DNA of 64,000 bases from a virus: IMG/VR virus record IMGVR_UViG_3300025093_000019, positions 15,290-79,289 of that record; one strand, written 5' to 3'. The position numbers and the translations under genes were made by a program. Shown piece after piece: positions 12,001 to 18,288 of the stretch (the first letter of the stretch is position 1; each line of letters begins with the position of its first letter). The notes below the pieces were generated by a model. It did not search any database. It was given only the letters and a program-made list of their open reading frames with translations, and was not told where the DNA came from.

Positions 12001-12979
12001 AAGTGTATATTCCATATTGTGAATTCGTTCTCTGTAAAACATCATTAATCCAGTCAGTTAAACCAACAATACCAGAAGGTATTTGAGCTAAAGTATTAAC
12101 TACCACCTGGTCCCAAAGGTTTTCATACCATGTAGAATACATTGCTTTAGGACCATTTGAAGCAAATATAGCATCAGAATTATACACATCATCATGAGCA
12201 GAAACTTCTCTAGCAACAGGAACACCTTCTCCATCGTAATCGACAATAAGAACTGTATTTGATTCTGGACCTGGAAAAAGACCTGCACCCCAAGGGCCAA
12301 ACCACTCATCACCATCTTTGTCTAAGTCACCAACTCTTATTTCCTGTCCATCTTCTGTGACTATAGTTTTGTAGTTTCGCTTATTAGGATCATAGCCACT
12401 ATCTTCATCACCTTCATTTACAATAGGTAGATAGTAACCCATATCATAGGCTAACTGCTGATCTGTTTTTTGTCTAATAACTTTACCAGTCTGATCAAAC
12501 CTCCATCTGGTATCACGACCAAAAATATTATAAACTCTTGGCTGATGATATCCTCCTGGATCTTTTAATTCAGCCCAAGGTGAAGTCCATGTTCTTAAAT
12601 GGTCAGTTATACCAAGACCATTGTCATAAACACCTTGTTTATAGTTTTTGTATTGATTAGAGTATGTTTCATATCTTTGTTCAAAATCTGCATCACTAGG
12701 TTTAATTCCTATTTTTTTTGCAGTCTCATTGTAGCTTTTTCTAGCAAATTCTTTATCTCCTAGAGTTACGTTTATTGTTGGATCGTTCATTACCTTTCGG
12801 TATATTCTTTCATCATCCAACCCATACATTTTGTATGTAAAATAATCACGATCTGAAGATCCAACTAATGCTTCTTGATTTCCTCCGTTTCCACCAGTAT
12901 TGTTTCCTGCTGGCGTTGGATTTGTATCACCGCCTCCTTGATAGTTTTTTCTAACTACAATTTCGTTTTTCTTTTTCAT
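1..12979 (-). CDS. Giant virion (ejected) polyprotein, >4,300 aa, 3' end outside window: hydrophobic N-terminal region, coiled coil, SF1 helicase, RecB-like PD-(D/E)xK nuclease and crAss-type two-barrel virion RNA polymerase
   Basis: ATG at 12979 (MKKKNEIVVRKNYQGGG). The same frame was checked at 8500, 6862, 1018 and 4, and the track reports no closed ORF from this start. Helicase motifs: GFAGTGKT (~8490-8510), IDEAS, GDQSQ, QGLEF, TAATRAK (~7645-7665). Nuclease motifs: RGQAAH, AGTIDIV, DIYDLKT, QLGGY (6640-7200). RNAP-like motifs at <1020: YKGVDNYFKR, EDTDG, GKPVY..K, FRSGVKTG, GIQL..TQLL. The catalytic DxDxD would lie beyond position 1. Confidence 0.88.
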   Translation of the reverse strand, partial: MKKKNEIVVRKNYQGGGDTNPTPAGNNTGGNGGNQEALVGSSDRDYFTYKMYGLDDERIYRKVMNDPTINVTLGDKEFARKSYNETAKKIGIKPSDADFEQRYETYSNQYKNYKQGVYDNGLGITDHLRTWTSPWAELKDPGGYHQPRVYNIFGRDTRWRFDQTGKVIRQKTDQQLAYDMGYYLPIVNEGDEDSGYDPNKRNYKTIVTEDGQEIRVGDLDKDGDEWFGPWGAGLFPGPESNTVLIVDYDGEGVPVAREVSAHDDVYNSDAIFASNGPKAMYSTWYENLWDQVVVNTLAQIPSGIVGLTDWINDVLQRTNSQYGIYTFSGIDHVPGRDDDFLDQGDKYFKNLASWASVSTPQDVLDVSWNDNGTALAWHSGAVIGQILEMVITRKLPTKLAAARGVTDIEKLHKLQKLGTRLGAGLMAIQAADGLKRTGYEIGLTEDQQTLLYGPMLATAFAVERFGPNILDDGLQRFLVKSDADELIKREIIDIAAGSFGKTAKELTEEETKAASKMLVNRLLGHSKNLGKKTWELTKRGGSYAYEKMPTFMKAALEEGTEEVIEGRLEGAYTTINDYIVSSQNREARIKADRYKYEAKDGKYYEWDKKHQQRREISKETYEKNVNMIENIPEGGMFNYYNHNDGFFSNYWNNTKGEIAQEFWLGAIGGGFMGSIQGITNAMNGNTSTRPTRDGMIADFIVSGNQDILYKKADEAFGKVQGTMGTFGPTDVTSDGKLVDENDPNSISIHEENYRIFKQELDESVKLFETIKKEIARQGEKNGRPNPRIIEEMMSNMEGKALLREAFEYQKFSQGLQREIEALNNEMAENVGNAEKTAELEEQLKDLQRQKKDLSLQLKEITSGRRVKENQVNTHLKHFSAENDTYMVAPDGSNHVPPATAMDDVHKRYDRKRAETIEQVKERSKQRKEFESKVLADDFMVDPDISGQYAEDIGDYDTALGKIADLQRKATDLGISEAGREKLIKELQAEKEAILESIPDSSALEPTEEEVAAFKEQEEIMGMTAEDYWMGKLEQAPAGSARNSAFKLLNEIDNTIKNFEASSEVKVGDNVQWKIDGKEQFGVPRKVQSIEDFDGEQFAMVEGREEAIPLSQLSHYGKPQGITPQSPVEFNEDDFKSLYYDTYVDRQGNEISITESLKDLASRTLNEEDLQNIELLERSIRNNSYVVNASRYMSEVGKQHDIGHLKPSAEAEITDAQAKRIQEELMDKAILLESLKIKQGLDVNDKKNKESRLRLNDYKIKNDIINMITALPNLDKEVYEGIEANQARVRDLLNEAESFYADNGNYPIEALDQAHKIIVDIESDLHNFLKGQDSKKVAKELTLYFEKYKSAKKKKLTYLNADEFTDANYDDAYTYQSFSMSTPEGLMTDSLRAKQQFARVYFQNYIQNIARLDSKSFYSSFQEAVNQIRQESGVLPSFEQMEVIKHVYGLLVNPDNAMLMDLEEAITGQSKSDKTSRHMINDFLSRSLFVRGFAGTGKTSLIIKTALSMYSSYKGRNLNIDLSAPSTELQSALASNMMSIRQNGTDQGYNINQLIDRINNNIESFKNTDVIVIDEASSISTPEFKTLVAALKGQNVAKPKVIFLGDQSQMTDINQQARELLAVERKMERTMPTTQVFRSGAADINNFQNAFRINIFSGEEVTLPKGTYDSERNNGLEYFSGSKSQMYDRFADDLNSQDKFKQTNSVLIVYTEADKNAAKGYIQSKINNPNLNLDSVIKTMEKGESYVQGLEFPRIFVAIEKADAKHLYNRAMLTAATRAKKYDDSKAGYALVLSPTGYSEEGTPIIVETSTATDDQIQRMDNFLSSITGSQTNPVGETGTPGNNEGDGPKQNTKLQELSDDQFKGIRNQIKNANKKGKLKKAPDLGAKFKVGGVEFRYVMDGKGLYSVTERKNQDLTNPTKDFNDRSYSLRGQAAHKIVEAYLTRQAPGRNKLFLKSDKEEITNLIQAYNEAVDKHNKSKKAKLSKIEPIGDDADSTFENHPFINDVIQNVAIPIAQRLTKGGSRTLPETIAAVYINDVAGTIDIVDVVGIEDGIPVLDIYDLKTLTPGSHEFFEDTNEADPFEKGFIKMPDGSQKFNNGLNAALAQLGGYARILTKGDEKSGRPEYKIRNVGVVKAMIKDNASIAKVEDTDFIVMPYDSQEFAEYKAYGESMVDNNILPEFKDKNVRNYDDGHSDISQMFVNNNDPTTLVEVTGVYKDVKGTTFYEINHDKESPLTETEFKQMFSTQDVTSIDTLNQNEANGTPERIYKEGAMKHAAGYTFAYGNASQSPQKTFQNTGVFPDDAIELTFRGISRGFEKWYGTELSDKRITAFNLNYDSYVDEQKTIVGTFVTEPNKSNENSKYVSLVIKDDRISGVSYQEVVPGDRAGRTAYWEISVEIPFDAEPANYHAGLIGAAKQVLLAAKNQYHPDGTRNLNKIRKAAEFFDKNPKKESQQGTIGGGWDLQNDHVNFKNEFIKSIKSRLNDGTAAPAVNITFHENIELLNDDGEPELMNNVLLVKADSKTLGEMARFYADSYGKSVGNELNFDQALKYIQDNNYNVIATLPQPEIDFGKRVDGGLKTGEPINYKDKGAVEDLLKKIREGFKGDKNAQSQMNLRSFNLDLAGFRAKGAGQEQGFVGRAKLKSLRQGSVQYGEYKQSWTALKGKLKDKGFQIGTPYWTTNYKTITNAKGKPSKIATWAVDVWKVGPAFDKSTIILQSPEYDSNHYNLIKGELNDLKGTAYTGRDVLKTKAYKLFQQNRGYLIDPDTKAFDQRWPELAEHLYVKNEAEIGLRGVNQKTTPAALLKSLESALDIMDKKISKIMKGKIVQTVDFTSKDKKLNVKAEQESQLLTRAEDVNNYGFYLGTDQIDVSSITHSKGGIVDQTDSDFLRDLGKFNIDPNKRSFSEVEASENDGEYNPDTNEDNPDVLEDPEERKDSFMKFAKNIYGDHGLADEAKKHVAQQIIKFSNFNRDLNTPAMSISDTIANVVNWYKAKSQIIENNYFNLELSDGSKDVKTYADVNGTNASKLKGQQPLLYTVYTFGKNTEALISFINSAVPSLNLSDKKIKKLGVYLAEQIQGDDEILKSLNETSQTNMMDNLDERNFTDTLSDLVKLHIRHTPLRYYTDENTYEVDLDGRTIDEPTIFKVLSDASQKARFENENTKGFNDLQKLKYHLREIFNNAGVGTPTYNTVRSFYEDYFGVTEAAQGPTAVSEYTDPSKKLLSHEELRMGSMVNVATGKSNLAILGYDPDVVKAKGIASDNLISAIITHFGSVTTRSTIDVYSDTKRYTDFDEVTGETFTTSSKFYNAKKSSMAIGSHISQSIKSRLDNTLFSIVDGEVMVSERIRERLVGKNNDISVTSSGVTLKIKGAPDKQVIKFVKGKNKSQIVSFELGENVRTSDIKTLFNLFNIGKLVYDNAINRYMDTVEDTDQDNPDLKVDQAKIAEIAGMWMLTAKEAVDPSISIRSLLEKYYEENAYKTESLDELNEDSTIDSAEIGEEFYKPTDMWRLTQNLGKVQSDSELGNNAMWYYTVDGKKVYRNVNASTIDRLFPNSQISGKNSGSGLKEMVKTIIERTTFDELSNNPNFELTQDESGAYGLEVLNPYLNPESDWEVVDMVRMGGLANERNGSRHGRQMTELDFAEFVINGLFVEDVARGNRIPTFRLPYHNTSNKAGVPVFDIKLPNNPFTLKDGSISVDRQWIKDNVINIFRIINNQRKKSASRIVDVIGNIPGTKLHQVINDTTLDAQNASQQYNEIVESFIADPNTMKWYLADLQTGANRLDIVDAFKRSDLVIDSDYTIRKLEDGNEYVFAGPSAMMEFDRVYNWNNFSRLKRSAEVPKAKRDLAELIEGGFYDEEINAEINTAAQAGVDLDFNAAKDVFFESQLQKDLKEKGITEDKNVDEMIKSIFFRTHMDAANHLKKEVKLWRERGGTATDRITETDWAYPDMTKKTPKGYTWWDVNPTLESFFYMYHFNDFYLSQIVDGNTMQYKGVDNYFKRGSGAVAPLWVVDTSTPRGVGMNTNIAILEDISTQEYDQLRTIFNAKSTTEDTDGLSFENPIYTRLLKNSLGGNELGVMGVGMGKPVYKKTDLATNDSLYIKYASLELTEGILRNSAKARDYFRKMMPGPVLQQLYRSWENGTRTLDEITEEVISTGRASEILGQAVFRSGVKTGARAIQNIDDDVWNVSTTLDNRFFGIQLNAAQDVEKTDKQSQPTQLLAEMGVGSQNIERVGQINSLKAKISDDAISNMMKKFVDEGGLDPDAFANWLKDIGIQQAEQVGELTQYTELLFKSRLDGNISLNLPNMGKIKQQLINQVTKHAIRP

Positions 12980-12988
12980 TCTTAAAGA

Positions 12989-14902
12989 TTATGGCATTGT
13001 TGCTTGTTGATCTATTCCTTCATCGCTACCCAACATGTCCTTAACCGTTCTCATTTGTCTAGCGTAATCTCCTGTTGATGTAACTATGTTTATATCAGCA
13101 CCTTTAGCTCTACTAGCATTTGGATTTGCTAAATCAGCATAATGCATTGAATTTGTCATATTAGAACCTAGATTGATTTCTAGCCACTCACGCTTCCATT
13201 CTTGACCTTCTTTTGGAAGAGTTATACCATAAGATCCTTCAAGCTCATCTTGTAATCTCCAGTTAATTAAATGAGCTGCAAAATCTTCACCATGAGATGT
13301 TTGCCCACTAACTATAGGTCTTATTTCTCCAACACCTTCAGTACCATCAAAAGCCATGAGCTTTCCACCCTCTACTAGATCATCGTCTTCATTGATTAAG
13401 ACTTTCCAGTTTGCCACCCACTCTTGTTTTTTCACACGATTACCAAGATCATTTGTAGTCCATTCATCGCCATTCATCAAGGTAAGGTTATTAACACCGA
13501 CAACTCTCATTCGCTTTAACTCGTCTGCTGTATATTCTGTCCACAATCCATCTAAATTTAACTGACCATTTTGTGCTAAATCGTACATTGTTGTAGTTCC
13601 ATCCTCCTTAACAAAAGCGTCTTGAAATTGCTGTAAATACGGTCCAAAGTTTTGCCAATTATACTGATCAGTTTTATAAGCATCTTTAAGTACTATCTCT
13701 TTTCCATTTACATATTCACCACTCTCAGTATAGTTATTTACACCAACTTGATCTGTCTCTGGTCCTGCCCCTTCCGAAATATTAGCATACATAAATTGAC
13801 TTTGATCTTGAAGAACTTGACCAGTTTTAGGATCATAATTTTGATAAGCCCACTCATCTCTCTTTTTTGATTCTGTCTTCTTTTGTTTTAGTTTTTCTGC
13901 ATAGTCACCAACTCTAGAAGCAAAATAAAACTCTTCAGCAACTTGAATTTTATCAGGATCATTTAGTTCATCAAATGTAAACTTTCTATTTTCTAAAACT
14001 AGTTGTCCATTTTCATCTCTATAATAACTACCATCATCATTTAGTTTAGGCATTGAAAATGAACGATTTCTATGATACGCATCAAACATTTCTTGACGCA
14101 GAAAGTATTCATGATTTTCATCTAGTCCATATTTTCTTATATAGTCAACAGCCGCTTTAACTTGTTCATAGTTGTTTGCTGTAAGTCCTCCTGATTGATG
14201 AAGCTCACCTAATCCAAAGCCAAAACTTGATGTATTGTCTTGGGTTACCTTTGTTATATTGTCCCAAGCACTACTATTAATACCACGATCGCTAAAGTAA
14301 GCATTCATCATGGCGTTAAACTTATCCATATCCCCAGTTCCTTCATCATAATCAATAGGCATTAAACCTACTGTTCCATCATCATGATATCCTAGATTAG
14401 GGTTATTTACTCTTTGCTCTAAGTATTCCTTTTTTGTAGTACCAGTAATTTTTCCTTTATCGTCCTGATTCCACTGCTTCATCATATAGTTACCACCACC
14501 AACATCCCTCAGTTCATACTGGCCTTGTTGCTGCCCGGAACCATAAGTTCTTAAAGCAATATCTCTAGCTTTTGTTAACTCTAAATTTCTAGTTAAGGCT
14601 TGTTTATTGTAAGCATAATAGTTTTGAGTTCCTGCCAATTGCCTATATTTAGGATCTGCTTGAACCCAATCCATTTCACCTCCATACTGACTATAAAGAG
14701 ACTTTAGTCCTGTTTGATAGTTTAGTTGATTTTGATACATCCATTGACCATCTCCCGGAAGACCTTCAACTTCCAGGTCGGGCATACCAGGCATAGCGTC
14801 TTGTGGCTTTTTATATCTTGTAAAACCTAAAGGCTGTCTAGCCCTAGCTCTTTGATAAGCCATTGTCCCAGGTGCATCACCCATGTAATTTACTAACGCC
14901 AT
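12989..14902 (-). CDS. Putative internal virion/cargo protein (637 aa)
   Basis: Long ORF immediately upstream of the vRNAP polyprotein, the position of ejected proteins in crAss-like phages; no recognised motif. Confidence 0.55.
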   Translation of the reverse strand: MALVNYMGDAPGTMAYQRARARQPLGFTRYKKPQDAMPGMPDLEVEGLPGDGQWMYQNQLNYQTGLKSLYSQYGGEMDWVQADPKYRQLAGTQNYYAYNKQALTRNLELTKARDIALRTYGSGQQQGQYELRDVGGGNYMMKQWNQDDKGKITGTTKKEYLEQRVNNPNLGYHDDGTVGLMPIDYDEGTGDMDKFNAMMNAYFSDRGINSSAWDNITKVTQDNTSSFGFGLGELHQSGGLTANNYEQVKAAVDYIRKYGLDENHEYFLRQEMFDAYHRNRSFSMPKLNDDGSYYRDENGQLVLENRKFTFDELNDPDKIQVAEEFYFASRVGDYAEKLKQKKTESKKRDEWAYQNYDPKTGQVLQDQSQFMYANISEGAGPETDQVGVNNYTESGEYVNGKEIVLKDAYKTDQYNWQNFGPYLQQFQDAFVKEDGTTTMYDLAQNGQLNLDGLWTEYTADELKRMRVVGVNNLTLMNGDEWTTNDLGNRVKKQEWVANWKVLINEDDDLVEGGKLMAFDGTEGVGEIRPIVSGQTSHGEDFAAHLINWRLQDELEGSYGITLPKEGQEWKREWLEINLGSNMTNSMHYADLANPNASRAKGADINIVTSTGDYARQMRTVKDMLGSDEGIDQQATMP

Positions 14903-14920
14903 AACCTCAAAGTTAAAAAA

Positions 14921-16777
14921 TTAAGATGAATATAATTCGCCTAGCTGTCTTCTTTCGTCTTCAGTCATTTTCATGTAGTCTGAAAAAGATAAATACCCAC
15001 TTTTTGGATTGTTAGGATCTTTTCCTGCCATCATTTTAGCTTTGTCTAAAGATTTATAATCCATGTATGCAATATCCATATCCATAGAAGACTTTTCATT
15101 AATCAATCCTTGATCTCTGTATAGTCCAGCTTCTTCTGCGTCAAATATCTCACGAACATTTCCTGCAATCTTCTCACCTTTGTCTGCTGCAAACGCAGAT
15201 CTAGCAGCTTCATTTTGCATATCTCTTTGCATCTTCTGACCAAGCCAAGTAGAATTGTATTGATCTTCTCTTACTCTGTCTTGATTTAATTGCTGGTTTT
15301 GCATTGTCCATAAAGAAGACGCTATCTTGTTTTGAGAGTCCATCTGATTTGCACTAATGCCTGTAGTACCAACTGGAGATCCCCCCATTTGCTTATTGAT
15401 ATAGTGAGCCAATCTAGCTTGCTTACTTACGTCTGCTTCAGCATCTTGTTTCATTGTCTCATAGTCCATCCTTGTAGATGAAGGACGAACTCGAATTGGA
15501 TCAGGAAGATCTTTGTATTGACGACTAAGATTCCAAAGCCCCATCCCTGCATTTGCCAATTGCTCTCTTTGAGTCAAAGCTTCACTTCTCTCCATTAACC
15601 CAGCCAAAGCTTTTTCTTCTGGACTTTGTTCTTCAAATTTAGATGTATCTCTAGGATCTGTTGGATCTTTAAATTCGGCATCTAATTCCGGATCGTATAG
15701 TTCATGACCCTCTGGAAACTTTCCACCTGGATAATTATTACGATTAGTGAATGCATCGTCAGAAAGGCGTAATGGCTGTCCTGTTTTTTCCTCCCATGTT
15801 GGAAGAGATGCAGGCATCTGCATGTGATATGGATCCAAATCTTTACCAACGATATAGTTGATTGGATTATCAGGATCTCTCAAATCGAAACCACGCTTAC
15901 CAGCTCGTATCTGTTCCTTTTGACGCTCAATCTCTTCAGGAGATAATCCAGACCATCCGCCTCCAATAGTAGACCAATCAAGATCATCGATATTGTCAGC
16001 GTTGTAAACTCCTGGAATCATGTTTCCTGCAATACTTGGATCTCCAGTTCCCATGGTAGGAGTATTGGCATTTACTCCAGCTGCACCCACTCCTTCTCCT
16101 TCAGCTACTTCTTCTGATGTTGGTGATATTGGTGATGTTGGTGATGTTGAAGTATTTTGATATTGAGCCATTATTGATGGATCCATTTCTAAAAACTGGT
16201 ATTGACTATTTCCTTGTAGATATTTAGGCCATTCTCTTCCAGCTAATTTATGAGCACCTTCAACTGCACCATCAGTAAGATCGTTGTCTCCATACATATT
16301 TTGTATTAATGCAGCTACAAACTCTAATGGAACGTCTGTTCCACCACCATTTTGATACGAAGGATACTGATTATTGTTATTCATCATCAGCCCATATAAT
16401 TTACTATCTACCATATCCTTTACTTGTTTAGTGGTTCCACCTTTTACTCTTTTGTTGTATGGAGAATTTGGAGAAAGAGCTTCTGGATCTATTCCCAATT
16501 CATTTTGCATTCTATCAACTTGTTCTTGATTCAGGAAATACTCTTTAGATGAAATATTAATATCCATTCCGGATCCTCCGCCTTGGTTCATGCTAACTTT
16601 TTGATTTGGATCATAACCTAATGCAGCAACAATCTTTTTAACTGATTCAACATTCTCGTGAGGCACAACATGCCCCGGACCAGCATTCATTTGTTTATCG
16701 TCTGCTTTAGGATTTCCATTCCCCGGAACAATTCCGTAAGAACCACGTTTAGTCATATTTCCAAATAGAGATCCCAT
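14921..16777 (-). CDS. Putative internal virion/cargo protein
   Basis: Start probably the ATG overlapping the previous stop (TAATG). Has MNQGG and YQNGG motifs, an N-terminal G-x-V-x-G-x-G...D...I-S-x-x-E-Y segment and a Gln-rich coiled C-terminus. Confidence 0.55.
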   Translation of the reverse strand: MGSLFGNMTKRGSYGIVPGNGNPKADDKQMNAGPGHVVPHENVESVKKIVAALGYDPNQKVSMNQGGGSGMDINISSKEYFLNQEQVDRMQNELGIDPEALSPNSPYNKRVKGGTTKQVKDMVDSKLYGLMMNNNNQYPSYQNGGGTDVPLEFVAALIQNMYGDNDLTDGAVEGAHKLAGREWPKYLQGNSQYQFLEMDPSIMAQYQNTSTSPTSPISPTSEEVAEGEGVGAAGVNANTPTMGTGDPSIAGNMIPGVYNADNIDDLDWSTIGGGWSGLSPEEIERQKEQIRAGKRGFDLRDPDNPINYIVGKDLDPYHMQMPASLPTWEEKTGQPLRLSDDAFTNRNNYPGGKFPEGHELYDPELDAEFKDPTDPRDTSKFEEQSPEEKALAGLMERSEALTQREQLANAGMGLWNLSRQYKDLPDPIRVRPSSTRMDYETMKQDAEADVSKQARLAHYINKQMGGSPVGTTGISANQMDSQNKIASSLWTMQNQQLNQDRVREDQYNSTWLGQKMQRDMQNEAARSAFAADKGEKIAGNVREIFDAEEAGLYRDQGLINEKSSMDMDIAYMDYKSLDKAKMMAGKDPNNPKSGYLSFSDYMKMTEDERRQLGELYSS

Positions 16778-18276
16778 TAGCACCAACCTTTTTTAGTCAT
16801 TCCACCTTTCTTATACGGCATCTTTCCACCAGACATCATTCCAAGCATATTCTGTTCTTCAAAATTAGGGCTAGAGTTTAGAGAAGGTCTAAACATATTC
16901 CCATCAGGCAACGGAACTGTAACAGTTGGAATATTACTTCCCGGAGTCTTTTCTTTTGTAAGTCCACCATCTTCAAAAGAAGGAACATTGGCCTCTGCCA
17001 TAAAATCTTTTGTTTTTACTCTTTTGAATTGGCCATAGTCAACGCCTTGAGAATCAACATAACCTTGTCTGATTCTTTGATTAACCATTCTTTTAATCTC
17101 TCTTGCACCTTTTCTGTCTCTAGACATTGCCGGCTGGTAGTTTCCTTCAGGACGAGTATCTTTACTATCCCAATATTCACCCCATTCAACTCTTTCAGAT
17201 CTTGGAACTCTATCAGCTGGAGTCATTCCCCCTGCTCGATAGTTCATCATATTAGTTAAGTTATTGTTTTGTTTCATTTTTCCTGGAATTGCTGCACCAT
17301 CTTTTGCTGAATATACACTTCCTTGGTTTGCGTAAACAGAACCTCTTTGTTGTTGTTGATCATGTAAACCTTCAGCTATTTGCTCTTGTCTTACCATTTC
17401 TCTTCTTGCAGAGCGTTTACCTATAAAATGATCTGCAAGCATAAGTCCTGCACCTATAACATCTCCTGATTTAACTTTATCAAAAGCACCTTTAGCTGCA
17501 TCACCTGTACTATTTGCATCTTGTTCTGCTTGCATTTGCTCCAACTGCTGAGTTTCAGTGTTTACAACTTGCTCCATTTGACTCTCTTGACCAGGCATAG
17601 GCTCTCCTAAGTTTTGAGATTGTGCTCCCATTGCAGCAGGAGATCCTAAAACTTTAGGCCCTTGATTTGCACCCAACTCAGGAACAACATTACCTGTTGC
17701 TTCAGGAGCTTGGCCAAAGTTTTCTGGTAATTGTATTTCTGATTGCTCTGCACCCTGAACTGCATTTTGTATGCCTTGAGTGTCAGCATAATTCATTGTC
17801 TGTCCAGCATTTTGAAGTCCTTGACCTGTAAGTTTTCCTAGATAATCAAAAAACTCCGGACTTATTCCGCCCATCTGATAAGAAGGTTTTTTAATCTTTC
17901 CTCCTCTAGCAACATTCATTGTTTCGGTTGCTGTTTGATTTCCTAAGTACTGATTAGCCGGTGTAGATCTCTGTGCTGTATGGCCTTGGTTTTTGTTTTT
18001 TTGCATCATTCCCATGACACTTTTACCAATTTGAGGAATCATTTTTGACATACCTCCTCCACCACCAGAGCCACCTCCGCCCATCATTCCACCCATCTTG
18101 GACATAAGGCCTCCGCCTCCGCCTCCACCCATGAGTCCACTTAACATTCCACCACCACCGGCTGCTCCACCGGCTGCTCCTGCGGCTCCTGCTCCTGCGG
18201 CTCCACCGGCAGCCCCTGCTGCGGCTCCGCCTGCTAATACTTTTCCTGCTATTGCTGCTATTGCTGGCCAAGGCAT
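16777..18276 (-). CDS. Gly/Ala/Met/Gln-rich putative DNA-ejection (pilot-like) protein
   Basis: N-terminal hydrophobic Gly/Ala low-complexity tract, several xxxGG motifs, located in the cargo cluster. Confidence 0.55.
   Translation of the reverse strand: MPWPAIAAIAGKVLAGGAAAGAAGGAAGAGAAGAAGGAAGGGGMLSGLMGGGGGGGLMSKMGGMMGGGGSGGGGGMSKMIPQIGKSVMGMMQKNKNQGHTAQRSTPANQYLGNQTATETMNVARGGKIKKPSYQMGGISPEFFDYLGKLTGQGLQNAGQTMNYADTQGIQNAVQGAEQSEIQLPENFGQAPEATGNVVPELGANQGPKVLGSPAAMGAQSQNLGEPMPGQESQMEQVVNTETQQLEQMQAEQDANSTGDAAKGAFDKVKSGDVIGAGLMLADHFIGKRSARREMVRQEQIAEGLHDQQQQRGSVYANQGSVYSAKDGAAIPGKMKQNNNLTNMMNYRAGGMTPADRVPRSERVEWGEYWDSKDTRPEGNYQPAMSRDRKGAREIKRMVNQRIRQGYVDSQGVDYGQFKRVKTKDFMAEANVPSFEDGGLTKEKTPGSNIPTVTVPLPDGNMFRPSLNSSPNFEEQNMLGMMSGGKMPYKKGGMTKKGWC
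18040..18235 (-). repeat. GC-rich low-complexity coding repeat (GCN/GGN codons encoding AAGGAAG/GGGG)
   Basis: Runs of ccaccggctgct/cctccgcct in an otherwise AT-rich genome; explains spurious overlapping Pro- and Arg-rich ORFs. Confidence 0.8.
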
Positions 18277-18288
18277 AATTTCTAATTT

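Noticed and set aside
2281-12315. Short ORFs listed in the track within 1-13 kb
   Set aside because: Off-frame or antisense shadows of the giant minus-strand ORF
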